A stretch of DNA of 64,000 bases from Bryobacteraceae bacterium (GCA_035262625.1 DATFSM010000025.1:3038-67037); one strand, 5' to 3'. Counted from the stretch's first letter, positions 16,536 to 26,073 are shown. Notes: a model not told the origin generated them from the sequence alone. Translations and numbers: made by a program.

Positions 16536-18236
16536 TTATGTGGCGGATTGGCCACAGTCGTGGATTACAACATCCAGGACGGCTGACCGCTTCTCATCGC
16601 GCACAGCTGTGAACGCCTGATCGAGCGCCGCATCGAGGTCCTCGGGACGCTCCACTTTTCTTGCGAAAGCGCCTCCCGCCGCTGCGGCGATTCCTGCGTA
16701 ATCCGGTGGTTCGACGAACTCTGTGCCGATCTCCGTCGATCGGCTCGCAAAGCCATGTGGATGCAGCGAAAGCATTGAAAGCCGGGGTGAACGCCATCCT
16801 CCGTTGTTGTAGACCACCTGTAGGAACGGCGTCTTATACCGGCGCGCCATCCAGTGTACGGATGACGGGACTGAGAACATGTAGGAGCCGTCACCGGTCA
16901 GGGCCACGATCGTCTTCTCGGGCTTTGAGAGTTTGAACCCGATGGCGGCGCCGCCGTTCCACCCGAGCGATCCGCCACCGCTCGTGAATAACCCTCCGGG
17001 CTCACGCGAACCGATGTGCTCGCCGATCGCTTTGTAGTTCGTTATGCCCTCATTGAGCACTATCGCGTCATGATCGAGATGTTGGCGAATGCGCGACGTG
17101 ATCCATTCCGCGCTGCCAGGGATTTCACGAGCTGCAAGTTTCCGCTTGCACTCTGCGTGCCGCGTCGAGTAGTGTTCGCGACGCTCGGAGTAATCTCCGC
17201 CGGGCAGTGCGACGTTCAGTTGCCGCAGCGCCAGACATGCGTCGGCGCGGGCAATGTGAGCCGCAGGCAGATACCAGAGCGGCATCTGTTCCTTGATCGG
17301 ATCGATATCCACGTGGAAGATCGGTACGCCTTCCCGTGGTTTATTGACGTTCGGGATCCAGGGCACGTCCGAATCAATCACCAGAACGAGATCGGCTTCG
17401 GCCAGCGTGGCGTTCTGCGCGGGTTCGTTCCCCTGCATTCCCTGATACATGGGATGCTCCGTGGGGAAATTGACGTTGTTGGGAACGGACTCGATCACGC
17501 CGATTGCGCAGCGCTCGCATAGACGCGCCAACTCCGCGACGGCTTCCGTATTGCGGCCGAGATAAGACGTAACCACCAGCGGACGCCGCGCTTTGTCGAG
17601 CGCGCGAGCCAGATCGGCAATCCATGCCGCGGGCGCGGGCGACAGCGGGATTACGGGCCAGAACGCGGGATCGATCTTCTTCTGTTTAATCTCCTGTTCG
17701 AGCACCTCGCGGGCCGCGGTCAGATACACGGGACCCGACGGATCGCTCTTCGCGAACTGCATCGCACGAAATACGATCTGGGCGACGTTCTCGCCCGTGC
17801 GGATTTCGTTGTCGTAACGCATGTACTGCCGCACGATCCCGCGTTGGTCGAAAACGTCCTGCAGCCAGTGGATGAACTCCGTGCGGCTTCCGCGCAGTTC
17901 CCCTTCCAGCGTGAATGGCGATGCGCCCGCGAAGATGAGCACAGGCACCCGGCCCTTAGCCGCATTATGCACGGCGCCGGCGAGAGCCTGGGTGCCGCAT
18001 TCCACGTGAACGAAAACCGCCTGCGGCTCGCCGGTCGCCTGAGCATAACCGTGAGCGGCGCTCAGCGCGACCATCTCGTTCGGGCAGGTAATCAGCCGCG
18101 GCATGGGCCGCCCGATCTCGCGCGCCTCTGCCAGGCTTTCAATGATCGCGGGATGATCGCTGCCGAGATTCGCGAAGATGTACGAGACCCCCGCATCGCG
18201 AAGGGCTTCCAGAAATGCCGTTGCGGTGGTGTACAT
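16536..18236 (-). CDS. thiamine-pyrophosphate-dependent enzyme (acetolactate-synthase/benzoylformate-decarboxylase-like)
   Basis: An internal ATG at 18236 gives MYTTATAFLEALRDAGVSYIFANLGSDHP. The TPP-binding block LTGDGSYMF....VHWMARRYKTPFLQVVYNNGGW is present. ATGA overlap with the upstream HEAT gene. Confidence 0.85.
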   Translation of the reverse strand: MYTTATAFLEALRDAGVSYIFANLGSDHPAIIESLAEAREIGRPMPRLITCPNEMVALSAAHGYAQATGEPQAVFVHVECGTQALAGAVHNAAKGRVPVLIFAGASPFTLEGELRGSRTEFIHWLQDVFDQRGIVRQYMRYDNEIRTGENVAQIVFRAMQFAKSDPSGPVYLTAAREVLEQEIKQKKIDPAFWPVIPLSPAPAAWIADLARALDKARRPLVVTSYLGRNTEAVAELARLCERCAIGVIESVPNNVNFPTEHPMYQGMQGNEPAQNATLAEADLVLVIDSDVPWIPNVNKPREGVPIFHVDIDPIKEQMPLWYLPAAHIARADACLALRQLNVALPGGDYSERREHYSTRHAECKRKLAAREIPGSAEWITSRIRQHLDHDAIVLNEGITNYKAIGEHIGSREPGGLFTSGGGSLGWNGGAAIGFKLSKPEKTIVALTGDGSYMFSVPSSVHWMARRYKTPFLQVVYNNGGWRSPRLSMLSLHPHGFASRSTEIGTEFVEPPDYAGIAAAAGGAFARKVERPEDLDAALDQAFTAVRDEKRSAVLDVVIHDCGQSAT

Positions 18237-19066
18237 CAGGCAGTCTCCCGGTTCTTCTCCTTGCTGAGTTCCTCGAAGTACTTCATGGCGAGATCGGTCC
18301 TTGCGCTGCGCAAAGCCAGCAGAATGCACTCCCGCAATTCCTTGTTGACGCTGCGGTCGTAGCGGGCCTTGAGAAGGCCGATCGCGTCATCACGCCGTGA
18401 CGCCCCGATGGCGAGAATCGCGGCGTCGCGGAGCGCCTCGTCACGCGAGTTGGCGATCGAGTCTGCGAGGGGAAGCGCGTCGGCACCATCAATCCCGATG
18501 AGGCCGGACAGGCATTCGCCGATAACGTCGGGCTGCCGGTCGCCCACCAGGATTTTGAGGCGCAGCGCAACGGAGGCCGTTTCCGAACCCACAGCGGCGA
18601 TCGCCCTTGCTGCGCCCACGCGGGCGGGCCATTCTCGGTCTGCCAGAAGATCCACCAGATAGCGCACCTTACGAAGAGTTCGCGTGTTGGCGAAGCCCAT
18701 CGCGCAGATGCCGCGCAACTCGGCTGCGACGTCCTCGCTGCCGCCCCAGACCGGCTCCATCTGCACATGCTTCATGCCTCGCCGGAAAACTTCGTCATCA
18801 TCGCAATCGAGATTGACCAGCGCCCGAGCAAGCGCATTCAGAGCGGCGCATCCTTTGTCGCCCCTCTGCAGAAAGCGGTCGAACGCGGCGGCAAGCTTCG
18901 GCACGAGGTCTCTCGCGCGGGCCTCATCCGCAATCTTTGCCGCCTTTGCGGCGACCAGATTCGATTTTGAAGCCAGCGCCTTCTCGAGCCGTACTCGGCC
19001 TTCAGCGGTACCGGGATCCGCGCCATCCAGACCCTCGATGGCGGCAACGATCGGGTCGTCTTTCAT
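18236..19066 (-). CDS. HEAT-repeat protein
   Basis: Repeated helical ~30-aa units are present (..ARVGAARAIAAVG.., ..LRDAAILAIGASR..). There is no other recognisable domain. ATGA overlaps at both ends. Confidence 0.65.
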   Translation of the reverse strand: MKDDPIVAAIEGLDGADPGTAEGRVRLEKALASKSNLVAAKAAKIADEARARDLVPKLAAAFDRFLQRGDKGCAALNALARALVNLDCDDDEVFRRGMKHVQMEPVWGGSEDVAAELRGICAMGFANTRTLRKVRYLVDLLADREWPARVGAARAIAAVGSETASVALRLKILVGDRQPDVIGECLSGLIGIDGADALPLADSIANSRDEALRDAAILAIGASRRDDAIGLLKARYDRSVNKELRECILLALRSARTDLAMKYFEELSKEKNRETA

Positions 19067-20367
19067 GCCGCCGCGACGATTGTGGCGGCGACGCCCTGTA
19101 CAGTCAAAGCGCGAGGCCTCAGTCGAACCATTCGATTAGCCGGATACGGCAGATCCATCTCGGCTTTGATGTAGTTGTCGGTCAGAGCGAGCCCCAGCGG
19201 TTCGATGCTGACGGCCTCAACTTCGCGTCCGAGCATCGATTCGCGGAACGCCTGATTCTTGCGCGCGGCGAGTTCCCGCAGGATACGGTTGCGTTCTTTT
19301 CGGACCGGGATCGGCACAACCTCCGGCATCTCCGCGGCGGGCGTGCCCGGGCGCTCCGAGTAGGTGAAAACGTGGAGATAGGTGTACGGCATCGATTCGA
19401 TGAACGAGCGGGATTCATCGAAGAGCTGGTCCGTTTCTCCCGGAAAGCCGGTCATCACATCAGCGCCAATGGCAGCGAACGGCATCAGCGCCCGTGCCTT
19501 TGTCAGGCGGTCCGCGTAATGGCGCGGCCGATACTTGCGATGCATCCTGCGGAGAATCGTATCGGAACCCGATTGCAACGGCGCATGCACATGCTTGGCG
19601 ATGCGCGGCGATGAGGCCATCAGCTCAAGCAGGTCGTCGGAAAAATCCATCGGCTCAACCGAGCTCAGCCGGACACGCGCGATGTCTGTTTCGGAAAGAA
19701 CCCGGCGCAGAAGATCGGCAAGCCGAACTGAGCTTCCCGCCTCGCGCCCCCACCTGCCTAAATTGATTCCAGAGAGCACGACTTCCTGATATTTCGCGGC
19801 AATGGCGCGCACCTGCTCTACAACGTTTTCCGCGCTGATGAAGCGATTCCTGCCCCGAACGAACGGGATCACGCAGAAGGAGCAGCGGTTATGACAACCA
19901 TCCTGAATTTTGAGATTCGGACGCGTGCGATCGCCCCCGGCGTCAAGAATCGGCGCGGTCAAAATATCGCGGGTTTCAAATATGTCGCCCGTCAGAATCT
20001 GGCCGTGATACGGTTCGGCCCCACCCAGCAGATCGGCGATCTGCGTCTTGTGCGAGTTACCGACTACCCACTCAACGCCGGGCATCTTCGCCATTTCTTC
20101 CGGAGCGCGCTGCGCGTAGCATCCGGTAACGAGAATCCTGGCATTCGGGTTTTCGCGATGGACGCGCCGAATCGCCGCCCTGGCGTCGCTATCGGCTTCC
20201 GCGGTCACCGTGCAGGTGTTAAGAACCACCACGTCGGCGCTGTCGCGCGATTCGGCCTCCACAAGCCCGCGAGCCGTGAGCTGCGCCTCAAGCGCCGCGC
20301 CATCCGCCTGCGTCGCGCGACAACCGAAGTTTTGTATATGGAAACGGTTCACAGCTACTGTTTCCAT
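19063..20367 (-). CDS. mtaB: radical-SAM methylthiotransferase, MtaB-like (tRNA t6A37 methylthiotransferase)
   Basis: An internal ATG at 20367 gives METVAVNRFHIQNFGCRATQADG. NTCTVT is present, along with the radical-SAM cluster motif GCHNRCSFCVIP. The 708-aa ORF in the track is an artefactual upstream extension. Confidence 0.85.
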   Translation of the reverse strand: METVAVNRFHIQNFGCRATQADGAALEAQLTARGLVEAESRDSADVVVLNTCTVTAEADSDARAAIRRVHRENPNARILVTGCYAQRAPEEMAKMPGVEWVVGNSHKTQIADLLGGAEPYHGQILTGDIFETRDILTAPILDAGGDRTRPNLKIQDGCHNRCSFCVIPFVRGRNRFISAENVVEQVRAIAAKYQEVVLSGINLGRWGREAGSSVRLADLLRRVLSETDIARVRLSSVEPMDFSDDLLELMASSPRIAKHVHAPLQSGSDTILRRMHRKYRPRHYADRLTKARALMPFAAIGADVMTGFPGETDQLFDESRSFIESMPYTYLHVFTYSERPGTPAAEMPEVVPIPVRKERNRILRELAARKNQAFRESMLGREVEAVSIEPLGLALTDNYIKAEMDLPYPANRMVRLRPRALTVQGVAATIVAAA

Positions 20368-20400
20368 TCTCACATCTATACTGAAAGGGAATACCCCCGC

Positions 20401-21216
20401 ATGGGCGAATCCAGCGTACTCTGGCTGCGCGTAGCCGCCGGACTCTATTCCCTGGGCCTCATCGACGCCATCATTACAGTGCTCCGCCGCCGCGAGGGGC
20501 TGTTCCGGATGGCGCTCGGCGCATTTGGCGTCGGCGCGCTGTTCCAGCTTGTCTCGATCGTCGAGCAGGGAATGACCCAAGGTCAGCTTCCGGTAAGCGA
20601 CATTTTTGAAACGATGTCGTTCTGCGCGTTCATCATCACGGCGTCGTTCCTTGCGATCTACTACCGGTACAAGGCCGCAAGCCTCAGCGTTTTCATTTTT
20701 CCGCTGGTGTTCGTGATGACGTTGGTGGGTGCGCTGCGCAGCCCGGTGTCTACGTGGACCAACCCCGTGATTCGCAGCACCTGGCTGGTGATTCACGTGG
20801 TCTTCTCGCTGCTCGGATACGCGGCGCTGCTGTTCACCGCGGCAGCGGCCGTGATTTATCTGGTGCAGGAGCGGCAGCTCAAGCGTAAACGGACGAGCGC
20901 GATCTACCGGATTCTTCCGCCCCTGGGGACGCTGGATGAGCTGATTTCTAAATCGTTGGGCGCCGGCTTCGCATTTATCACGATAGGCATCGTGATCGGC
21001 AGCATCTGGGCGTTCATCGAAATGGGAACGAAGTGGATCGGATACGGCAGCATCGCGATCTCGTTCGTTACCTGGGCGGTGTATCTGGCGCTCGTATTCT
21101 TCCGGGTCAGCGCGGGCTGGCGGGGGCGAAAGACAGCGATCCTCTCGATTGTGGCGCTGTTCTGCTGCCTGGTGACGTGGTTTGAGCACGCTCAGCTAAG
21201 GCGGTTCACGGAATGA
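20401..21216 (+). CDS. CcsA/HemX-like cytochrome c assembly family membrane protein
   Basis: The ATG at 20401 gives MGESSVLWLRVAAGLYSL. The protein is polytopic, with the family's W-rich region (GSIWAF...KW). ATGA overlap with hemA. A CcsA-like gene next to hemA is a known arrangement. Confidence 0.8.
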   Translation: MGESSVLWLRVAAGLYSLGLIDAIITVLRRREGLFRMALGAFGVGALFQLVSIVEQGMTQGQLPVSDIFETMSFCAFIITASFLAIYYRYKAASLSVFIFPLVFVMTLVGALRSPVSTWTNPVIRSTWLVIHVVFSLLGYAALLFTAAAAVIYLVQERQLKRKRTSAIYRILPPLGTLDELISKSLGAGFAFITIGIVIGSIWAFIEMGTKWIGYGSIAISFVTWAVYLALVFFRVSAGWRGRKTAILSIVALFCCLVTWFEHAQLRRFTE

Positions 21217-22469
21217 AGCTGCTCCTGGCGGGATTAAGCCACAAAACCGCCCCCGTGCACCTCCGCGAGAGGCTTGCCATTCCGGAAGAGACGCTGCCGC
21301 GGGCGCTGCAGGAACTGCAACGGCTGGGCGCGTCCGAAGCAGTCGTGCTTTCAACCTGCAACCGCGTGGAATTCGCCGTGTCCTCCGCCGATGATGTGGA
21401 ACCGGGCGCCATCGTGGACCGTTTCCTTTCCGACTGGAAAGGCTCGGGCTCGGCCTTCGATGGCCACATTTACCGGCTCGAAGCGCGTGAAGCGATTCAA
21501 CATCTCTTCCGCGTCGCGGCCAGCCTCGATTCGATGGTCGTGGGCGAACCGCAGATCCTCGGACAACTCAAGGCGGCCTACGCGGCCGCGAAGAGCGAGG
21601 GCACTGTAGGTGGCCTTCTCGAAGCGGTACTCACCAAAGCTTTCTACGTCGCCAAGCGGGTGCGGTCGGAAACGGGTATCGGCCAGATGGCGGTGTCGGT
21701 CAGCTATGCGGCGGTCGAACTCGCCCGCCAGATCTTCGGCTCGCTGAAGGGCCACACCGTGATGATTATCGGCTCGGGCAAAATGGGCGAACTGGCCGCG
21801 AAGCACCTCCGCCGCTCCGGGGCCAGCCGGATCCTCGTCACCAACCGGACCTGGCAGCGCGCCCAGGAATTAGCGCAACTGTTCGAAGGAAGCGCGGTTG
21901 AATACGAGAGCTTCCGGTCGGTGCTCCACGAAGTCGATATCGTGATCAGTTCGAGCGGCGCGAAACAATACATCCTTAACCGCGAGGACATGCAGCGCGT
22001 GATTTCGCAGCGCCGCAACAAGCCGATCTTTCTGATCGATATAGCGGTTCCCCGGAACATCGATCCGGCGGTTAACGAAATTGAGGGCGTGTTCCTGAAA
22101 GACGTCGACGATCTGGAGGGCGTCGTCACTGCGAACCTTCGCGAACGTGGCAGACAGGCGGATCAGGCGGAGCGTATCGTCGCCGACGAAGTCGATCAGA
22201 TGATGTCGCGGCTGCGGATCGAAGAGGTCACGCCGACGATCGTGAGCCTCCAGGGACAACTTGAAGAGATCCGCGCGGCCGAGGTCCTGCGTGCGTTGCG
22301 CAAAATGCCCGGTCTAAGCGAGGCGGACCGGCAGCAGATCGAAGTGATGACGAAATCCATCATCAACAAGATCGCGCATGGTCCCATTTCTGAACTGCGC
22401 CGGAACGCCGGACAGCCCGAAGGCAGCGTGGTTATCGATGCGATCCGGAAGGTGTTTCATCTGGGGTGA
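21213..22469 (+). CDS. hemA: glutamyl-tRNA reductase
   Basis: GLSHKTAPV..RE, STCNRVE, and the NADPH-binding block IIGSGKMGELAAKHL. Confidence 0.95.
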   Translation: MKLLLAGLSHKTAPVHLRERLAIPEETLPRALQELQRLGASEAVVLSTCNRVEFAVSSADDVEPGAIVDRFLSDWKGSGSAFDGHIYRLEAREAIQHLFRVAASLDSMVVGEPQILGQLKAAYAAAKSEGTVGGLLEAVLTKAFYVAKRVRSETGIGQMAVSVSYAAVELARQIFGSLKGHTVMIIGSGKMGELAAKHLRRSGASRILVTNRTWQRAQELAQLFEGSAVEYESFRSVLHEVDIVISSSGAKQYILNREDMQRVISQRRNKPIFLIDIAVPRNIDPAVNEIEGVFLKDVDDLEGVVTANLRERGRQADQAERIVADEVDQMMSRLRIEEVTPTIVSLQGQLEEIRAAEVLRALRKMPGLSEADRQQIEVMTKSIINKIAHGPISELRRNAGQPEGSVVIDAIRKVFHLG

Positions 22470-24075
22470 CGTTCGACCCCTCAACGCACTTCCAGGAACC
22501 GGTCGGCAGGTTGCGGAACTCCTGAACGCGTCCGCTGGGCCATTCGATCGCCAGACGGTCGGTCTTATCCCGCCGCCCCGTCCCGAACGTCAGAGTGAGT
22601 TCGGACTGCGACAGATAACTCGATCCCGTCTTCACCATGCGCGACTGAGTGCCGTCGGGAGTCGTGAGCCGCGCGATTGCGCCGATGGCGTCGCGGTTCG
22701 ACTTCGTGCCCTGCAGCCGTAATCGAAACGCGCGATTGCCGTTCGTGACGTCAACTCGATAAAGGTACGCCGGGCCCTGATTGGTGGTGAGGAGGAGATT
22801 CGCGCCGGCATAGGCAAGCCCACGCCCCACTTTCGGATTCGCGAAGCCGCCGCCGACCTGCGCGGCGACATCGTGAAATCCGCCTTTTCCATCGCTGAGA
22901 AACAGCAGAGGCGGCTGCGCGTAGCCGTGATTCCCCGTGATATTGCGGACCGTCTCATCGATGTGCCCATTGACCGCGACGAGATCGAGATGGCCATCGA
23001 GGTTGATGTCCACAAAAGCGCAGCCAAACCCCAACCGCATACGCGACGCCCCGCCGACGCCGGACTTCATCGCATCGTCCGTAAATACCCCGCCTTTAGT
23101 CGGACGATACAGCGCCATCATCTCTTCATCGAAATTCGAAATCGCAAGGCCCATGACGCCGGAGTTATCGAAATCGGCGGCATCAACGCCCATGCCCGCG
23201 CGCGCTTTGCCGTCCTCGCTGAACGCCACGCCCGCGCGCACCGCGACGTCCTCGAATGTTCCGTCACGACGATTACGGTAGAGCTTGTTCGGCTGCGTGT
23301 CGTTGGCGACGAAGAGGTCGGGCCAACCATCGCGGTCGTAATCGAGCATCGCGACCCCGAGGGACTTCGACGTGATATCGAATATGCCGCTCTTGGCAGT
23401 TACATCCTCGAACGTGCCGTTCCCCCGATTACGAAAGAGCCAGCACGTCGCGCCGTGATAAGCCTCCGGCGTGCAGTAGGACTTATTCTTCCCGTCCACA
23501 CTGCAGAACACATCGTGCTCAGGCGACCATTGAACGTAATTACAGACAAAGAGATCAAGGAGGCCGTCCCGATCGTAATCGAACCAGAGCGCGGACGTGC
23601 TGAAGGCGTTTCGGCCGCCAAGACCGGACTTCACTGTTACATCCTCGAACGTGCCGTTTCCGCGATTGCGAAACAGCCGGTTCTGGCCCACCGCGGTGAT
23701 CAGAACGTCCGCGAATCCGTCGTTGTTGTAATCCGCGATGGCCACGCCCATCCCGTACATCTCCACGGCGAGGCCGGCGCGCTGCGTAACGTCCGCGTAA
23801 GTACCGTCCCGGTTGTTCCGGTAGAGCGCGAGCGTCGAATGCCTCTTGCCAGTCCCGTTGACGAGGAGAATGTCGAGCCAGCCGTCATTGTCGTAATCGA
23901 AGAATGCGCAGCCCGGGCCCAGCGTCTCCGGCAGAAGCTTCGCGCCCGACGCGCCGCTGTTGTGCTGGAACGAAATGCCGGCTGAGGCGGTGATATCGGT
24001 CAGATGAAAGCCCGGCCCGCTATCGGCGGCAGCCAAAAAGGGGATGCCGCCCAGCAGGAATGCCCGGCGGTTCAT
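22432..24075 (-). CDS. secreted FG-GAP/VCBS-repeat protein with ASPIC/UnbV C-terminal domain (CRTAC1 family)
   Basis: Repeats of DYDNDGW.D..V.N and LFRNRGNGTFEDVT are present. The C-terminus GSSYLSQSELTLTFGTG is ASPIC/UnbV-like. ATGA overlap with the upstream response-regulator gene. Confidence 0.85.
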   Translation of the reverse strand: MNRRAFLLGGIPFLAAADSGPGFHLTDITASAGISFQHNSGASGAKLLPETLGPGCAFFDYDNDGWLDILLVNGTGKRHSTLALYRNNRDGTYADVTQRAGLAVEMYGMGVAIADYNNDGFADVLITAVGQNRLFRNRGNGTFEDVTVKSGLGGRNAFSTSALWFDYDRDGLLDLFVCNYVQWSPEHDVFCSVDGKNKSYCTPEAYHGATCWLFRNRGNGTFEDVTAKSGIFDITSKSLGVAMLDYDRDGWPDLFVANDTQPNKLYRNRRDGTFEDVAVRAGVAFSEDGKARAGMGVDAADFDNSGVMGLAISNFDEEMMALYRPTKGGVFTDDAMKSGVGGASRMRLGFGCAFVDINLDGHLDLVAVNGHIDETVRNITGNHGYAQPPLLFLSDGKGGFHDVAAQVGGGFANPKVGRGLAYAGANLLLTTNQGPAYLYRVDVTNGNRAFRLRLQGTKSNRDAIGAIARLTTPDGTQSRMVKTGSSYLSQSELTLTFGTGRRDKTDRLAIEWPSGRVQEFRNLPTGSWKCVEGSNVTPDETPSGSHR

Positions 24076-24701
24076 GCGATGCTGACCAGACCTTTGCGAA
24101 TCGCGTGGACCACCAGTTCCGCCGTATTGTGAATTCCGAGCGCCTGCATGATGTTGGCCCGGTGCACCGCGACGGTGTTCGCGCTTAGGCCGAGAACCAC
24201 CGCGATGTCTTTGTTGGATTTGCCGTGAACGATGAGGTGAAGCACTTCGAGTTCGCGCGTCGTGAGTTTCGGTTCGGGGTCGAGCGCGTCCGCCATCGCG
24301 CCGAGCCGCGGGTCGATCACCTTCTCGCCCGCGGCGACCCTTCGCACCGCCGAAACGAGCTCCAGATCCATGGCGTTCTTGAGCAGATACCCGTTTGCGC
24401 CCGCTTCAAGGCATGTTCGGACATAAGTCGCCTCCTCATGCATGCTCAGGATGAGGACAGCGGTTTCGGCGCACGACTCGCGTATGCGTCGAGTAGCTAC
24501 CGCGCCATTCATGCTGGGCAGCGCGAAGTCCATCACCACCACGTCCGGGCGCAGAGCATTCACCGCCTCCACCGCCTCGTGTCCGTCGCTCGCTTCGCCC
24601 GCTATCGAAATACCGGGATCGTCTTCGAGCATGCGACGGAATCCCCGCCGGACGAGACTGTGATCGTCTACAAGAAATACCGAGATCGTCTTCTCAGACA
24701 T
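24072..24701 (-). CDS. NarL/FixJ (LuxR-type) response regulator
   Basis: Receiver domain (VFLVDDH...DVVVMDFALP) plus a LuxR HTH (LTTRELEVLHLIVHGKSNKDIAVVLGLSANTVAVHR). Confidence 0.93.
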   Translation of the reverse strand: MSEKTISVFLVDDHSLVRRGFRRMLEDDPGISIAGEASDGHEAVEAVNALRPDVVVMDFALPSMNGAVATRRIRESCAETAVLILSMHEEATYVRTCLEAGANGYLLKNAMDLELVSAVRRVAAGEKVIDPRLGAMADALDPEPKLTTRELEVLHLIVHGKSNKDIAVVLGLSANTVAVHRANIMQALGIHNTAELVVHAIRKGLVSIA

Positions 24702-26013
24702 GAACGCTTTCTGTCACAGGCACTCTCACGCGCACCAGCGTGCCCCCGGTTTCAACCGGTTTGATTTCAATATCGCCCTTCATCATCCCGGCCCGCTCAC
24801 GCATCGAGACAAGACCCAGGCCCTGCCCGCCAGCCTTCCCGATCCCCACGCCTTCATCCTGCACTTCGAGAGTAACGGAGTCGGGCCGAAACGCCAGCCG
24901 CACGGTCGCATACTTCGATCCGGAATGGCGCGCCACATTGTTCAGCGCCTCCTGCGTAACGCGGTAGAGATGAGTCGATATCTCGCGGTCGAGTTCTCGA
25001 ATGCCGCCGGTCTTTTCAAAGGTGATCTTGATACCTGTCTGCCTCTCGAATCCCGGCAGATACGAATCGAGCGCGCTCTCCAACCCGACCTCATCGAGCG
25101 CTACAGGGTGAAGAGCATGCGAGAGCGACCGGACCTTTTCGAGCGTCGATTGAACAATCTCGCGCACCTCCTGCAGAGCCTCGGCGGCGGTCTCGCGATT
25201 AGCATTCCGGCGCGCCGCTCGCTGCAAAGTAACTCCGATTGCCGTCAATATCTGGCCGAAATCGTCGTGCAGGTCGCGTGAAATGGACCGCAGAGCGTTT
25301 TCCTGGATCGAGATGAGCTGCTGCGCGAGTTCGCCGCGGCGAGCCGAAAGATCCGCTAATTGTTCAAAGAGCCGCCGCGTGTGGTGCACGAGATAAAGGC
25401 TCGTGAGCGCGATCACGACGAGCATCGCCGCGAGAAAGATATACAGGTTGCGCTCGACTCCCGAATAGATTTCCTGCGTACGAGCCGCCGCGGCGCTTTC
25501 GCTTTCGTTGTTCTGAACGAGCAGTCGCGAAACCGCGGTGCTGAGCGCTGCCTGACGCGCCTGGAGTGAAAGACGAATCTCGGACCGGGCTTCCGGGAGA
25601 TTGCCGGATTCCGCCGTCGCGAATACGCGGTCAAGCGCTTCCCAAAATTGACGGAAGGAGTCGGAAAGATACCGCCGCTGGTTCGGCGACCGCGCCGCAA
25701 CTGAGATCTTCTCTTCACGAGACAGCGCGTCCTCCAGATCCGCGCGAATGCGGCGGAACTGCGGCGCCCATGCGGTAAGAGGATAAGGCTCCTGGTTATC
25801 GAGCATGTCTCGCATCGCCAGCGCGAGGGAATTCAACCCGTTCTGGATGCGCAGAAGCAGCAGCGTATCCGTCCGATTCCGGTCGATGGTTTGCGTTTGT
25901 AGCGCCCGCAGACTGTCCAGTTGCCGGATTGTGTAAGCGAAATAGACGCCGACGGCAAGAAGCGTGACGACGAGGCCCGTAAGGAGCCGGACGGTGGGCG
26001 AGCGCTGGGGCAC
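24694..26013 (-). CDS. sensor histidine kinase (HisKA_3/NarX-type)
   Basis: Two TM segments flank a periplasmic helical domain. The H-box is DLHDDFGQILTAI. HATPase motifs NNVARHS and DEGVGI...GLGLVSMRERA are present. The 3' end overlaps the response-regulator gene by 8 nt. Confidence 0.9.
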   Translation of the reverse strand: MPQRSPTVRLLTGLVVTLLAVGVYFAYTIRQLDSLRALQTQTIDRNRTDTLLLLRIQNGLNSLALAMRDMLDNQEPYPLTAWAPQFRRIRADLEDALSREEKISVAARSPNQRRYLSDSFRQFWEALDRVFATAESGNLPEARSEIRLSLQARQAALSTAVSRLLVQNNESESAAAARTQEIYSGVERNLYIFLAAMLVVIALTSLYLVHHTRRLFEQLADLSARRGELAQQLISIQENALRSISRDLHDDFGQILTAIGVTLQRAARRNANRETAAEALQEVREIVQSTLEKVRSLSHALHPVALDEVGLESALDSYLPGFERQTGIKITFEKTGGIRELDREISTHLYRVTQEALNNVARHSGSKYATVRLAFRPDSVTLEVQDEGVGIGKAGGQGLGLVSMRERAGMMKGDIEIKPVETGGTLVRVRVPVTESVHV

Positions 26014-26073
26014 CTGATTGAGTCCGATTGTATCGCCGCCCGAGGAAATGCCCTCTCCGTCACCCGGTTTAGC

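Noticed and set aside
19063-21189. 708-aa ORF in the track, which would be one giant radical-SAM protein
   Set aside because: The first ~274 residues are Arg/His/Asp-rich low complexity. They lie antisense to a convincing polytopic CcsA-like gene (20401..21216). The internal ATG at 20367 yields the canonical methylthiotransferase N-terminus (FHIQNFGCRATQ).
23399-23678. Two ~43-nt near-identical DNA segments (23399-23440 and 23636-23678, sharing a 23-nt exact core GTTACATCCTCGAACGTGCCGTT), plus a weaker third copy near 23240
   Set aside because: They encode the repeated LFRNRGNGTFEDVT blade motif of the FG-GAP/VCBS protein. This is ordinary intragenic domain repetition, not a mobile or non-coding repeat.
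25921-26073. Upstream extension of the VWFA ORF overlapping the histidine-kinase 5' end
   Set aside because: The ATG at 26074 gives a signal-peptide-like start (MKRGGYLNRSWSLGFVLMTGVLAARA). The extension has no features and overlaps the kinase start on the other strand.
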